This document shows, one piece after another, positions 61,973 to 64,000 of a DNA stretch of 64,000 bases. This DNA comes from Octopus vulgaris (lineage: Eukaryota). The notes under the pieces are model-generated. The model was not told the DNA's origin, did no database searches, and worked only from the letters and a program-made list of their open reading frames with translations. The DNA is taken from the NCBI GenBank assembly GCA_951406725.2, contig OX597833.1, positions 59,148,001-59,212,000 on the forward strand, written 5' to 3'. The position numbers and the translations under genes were made by a program. Numbering within the stretch: the stretch's first letter is position 1; each line of letters begins with the position of its first letter.

Positions 61973-62139
61973 TTGTTCATCTAGAACAGTTGCAAGTCGA
62001 TGGCAGCAGAGAAATCACTTGCAAGGAGTGGTGACCTAGGTGGGTGGGTGGGGCTGACCTAATGGGGTAGAAGGATTGGGTGTTGTGGTTAGGAGTAAGA
62101 AGGATGGACACAATGTGGATGATGAAAAAGAAGATCCCT

Positions 62140-62352
62140 ACCGAGTTATATTGACCCAGGGCCAGTTTCCTGGTTTCCATGGTGTATATAGTTTTCCCCC
62201 TGGAAAGGATGCTAGGCCATCGTAGGATAACTCACTTTCTCCAGTGGAGTTATCATGTGAAATGAAATGTTTTGCTGAAGAACACAACGCATCCGGGAAT
62301 TGAAACCGCAATCTTGCAATCATGAGTCCAACACCCTAACCACTAAGTCTCG
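62140..62352 (-). mobile_element. SINE family D, degenerate, tail type 1
   Basis: GCCAGTTTCCTGGTTTCCATGG..GGAATTGAAACC..CCCTAACCACTAAG. Confidence 0.7.
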
Positions 62353-62689
62353 CATCTCGACGAATGATGAAGGGACATCACATGAGTGAAGTAGGAGTAC
62401 CTGGGTGGAGGTGGCACATGGTCAACCAGCTCAGGAGAGCAGAAGCCTGAGTAGTAGAAGTAGAAGAAGCAGAGAGAGGACACAGCATGACTGTGGTCCA
62501 GAGGTTGTGAGTGACATTGTGTCAGTCAGTCAGGTGGCTCTTTTGGTGGGGATACAGTATAGGATATCTGTATGTGTCACAGACGAGGATGGGTGAGTGG
62601 AAGAGCATCCAGCAATAGAAAGTCCACAACACAACAAATTCTGTCTGACTCATCCGAATATGGAGAAATGGGTGTTAAAACAATGATTA

Positions 62690-62853
62690 TGGCAACGACG
62701 ACGATGATGAAGATGATGATGATAAAGATGATGATGATAATAAAGATGATGATGATGATGACGACGATGATGATGACGACAATGATGATGATGATGATGA
62801 TGATGACGACAATGACGATGATGACGACAATGATGACGATTATGATGATGATA

Positions 62854-62884
<31 letters not shown>

Positions 62885-63131
62885 CAACGACGACGACGAC
62901 GATGATGATGATGATGATAATGATGATGATGACGACGATGACGATGATGATAATGATGATGATGACGACGACAGCAACAATGATGATGATGATGATGATG
63001 ATGACGATGACGACGATGACGATGATGATAATGATGATGATGACGAGATGATGACAATGACAACGGCAATGACAATGATGATGACGAAGACGACAACAAT
63101 GATGATGATGACAATGATGATGATGATGATG
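62690..63131. repeat. (GAT)n/(GAC)n trinucleotide expansion
   Basis: Directly visible. Confidence 0.95.
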
Positions 63132-63577
63132 GATTCCAGAAGATTCTGTAGCAATCTGTATTGAGACTGCACCCATCACCCCTCCATCCACACAATATAT
63201 TTCCACCCACAAACAGCACACCAATCTCTTCTGTTTAGTCATTTATATATTTCTATGTTTAGTTTTCTTTTTTGCATTTTTTTTAACTCGTTAGTCTTTA
63301 ATCTTTAACCACTTCCTTTTTTTCTTTCTTAATTTTGTTTTTTTCTTTTGTTCTTCTCCAAATTTGCTTGATTCATTACATAATAAGAAGGGGAAAACAG
63401 TTAACTGTCATCGTTGTTATTGTCGATGTTGTTGTTGCTGTTGTAGTTGTGGTTGTTGTTGTTGTTGTTGTTGTTACTGTTGCTGCTGTTGTTGTGATCC
63501 ATGAAATCTGTGGCTCTCCAATGCTGACAGCCGCCACCTGGTCGTGTCTCCTTTTATCGCATCAAATCAGCAGAAAG

Positions 63578-64000
63578 ATGAGAAGAAGAAGATGAAGAAG
63601 AAGAAGAAAAGGGTGGAGGAGGAGGAGAAGGAAGAGGAGAGGAGAAGAAGAAGAAGAAGAAGAAGAAGAAGAAGGAAGAGAGAAGGAAGGGTGGAGGAGG
63701 AGAAGGAGGAAGGGTAGAGAAGAAGAAGAAGGAGGAGGAGGAGAAGGAGGGGAGAAGAATGATGATGATGAAGAGGAGGAGGAAGGGTGAAGGAGAAGAA
63801 AAAGAAGGAAGAGAGAAGGAAGGAAGGGTAGAAGAAGAAGAAGAAGAAGAGAGCAAGAAGAAGAAGAAGAAAAAGAAGAAGAGGAAGAAGAAAAAGAAGA
63901 AGAAAAAGAAGAAGAGCAAGAAGAAGAAGAAGAAGAAGAAGAAGAAGAAGAAGAAGAAGAAGAGCAAGAAGAAGAAAATGAAGAAGAAGATGGAAGAAGA
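63578..64000. repeat. (GAA)n/(GGA)n purine tract
   Basis: Directly visible. Confidence 0.95.

Noticed and set aside
62572-63967. Poly-Met/His/Asp and Glu/Lys-rich ORFs
   Set aside because: (GAT)n and (GAA)n tracts with no evidence of coding context.

Overview
Animal (eukaryotic) genomic DNA, AT-rich and almost entirely non-coding. The extreme microsatellite load ((TA)n, (TATG)n, (CA)n, (GATA)n, (AAT)n, (GAT)n) and the tRNA-headed SINE families suggest an octopus/coleoid cephalopod genome; this is inferred from repeat content, not from a search. No intact protein-coding gene can be supported: nearly every ORF in the track is a translated microsatellite or SINE. Recognisable content: (1) dozens of copies of four tRNA-derived SINE families, which I label A-D, and an RTE-related (GAT)n-tailed family E; (2) decayed RTE-clade LINE fragments; (3) MITEs with mariner, Tigger/pogo, hAT, piggyBac and Kolobok signatures, and two non-autonomous Helitrons; (4) several minisatellites. 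The most interesting signal is a set of short non-coding elements, mostly embedded in (TA)n tracts, that carry minimal hammerhead-ribozyme (HHR) motifs of the type known from Penelope-like elements (PLEs). They include canonical cores, a U3-A8 covariant core, a permuted arrangement, and two fold-back structures whose inversion centres lie at or next to the ribozyme motif. One fold-back also carries a 13-copy reiteration of the element's first 27 nt. A few TE-free islands may be regulatory elements or small exons (low confidence). Repeat boundaries are read by eye and are approximate unless a TSD or TIR is quoted.
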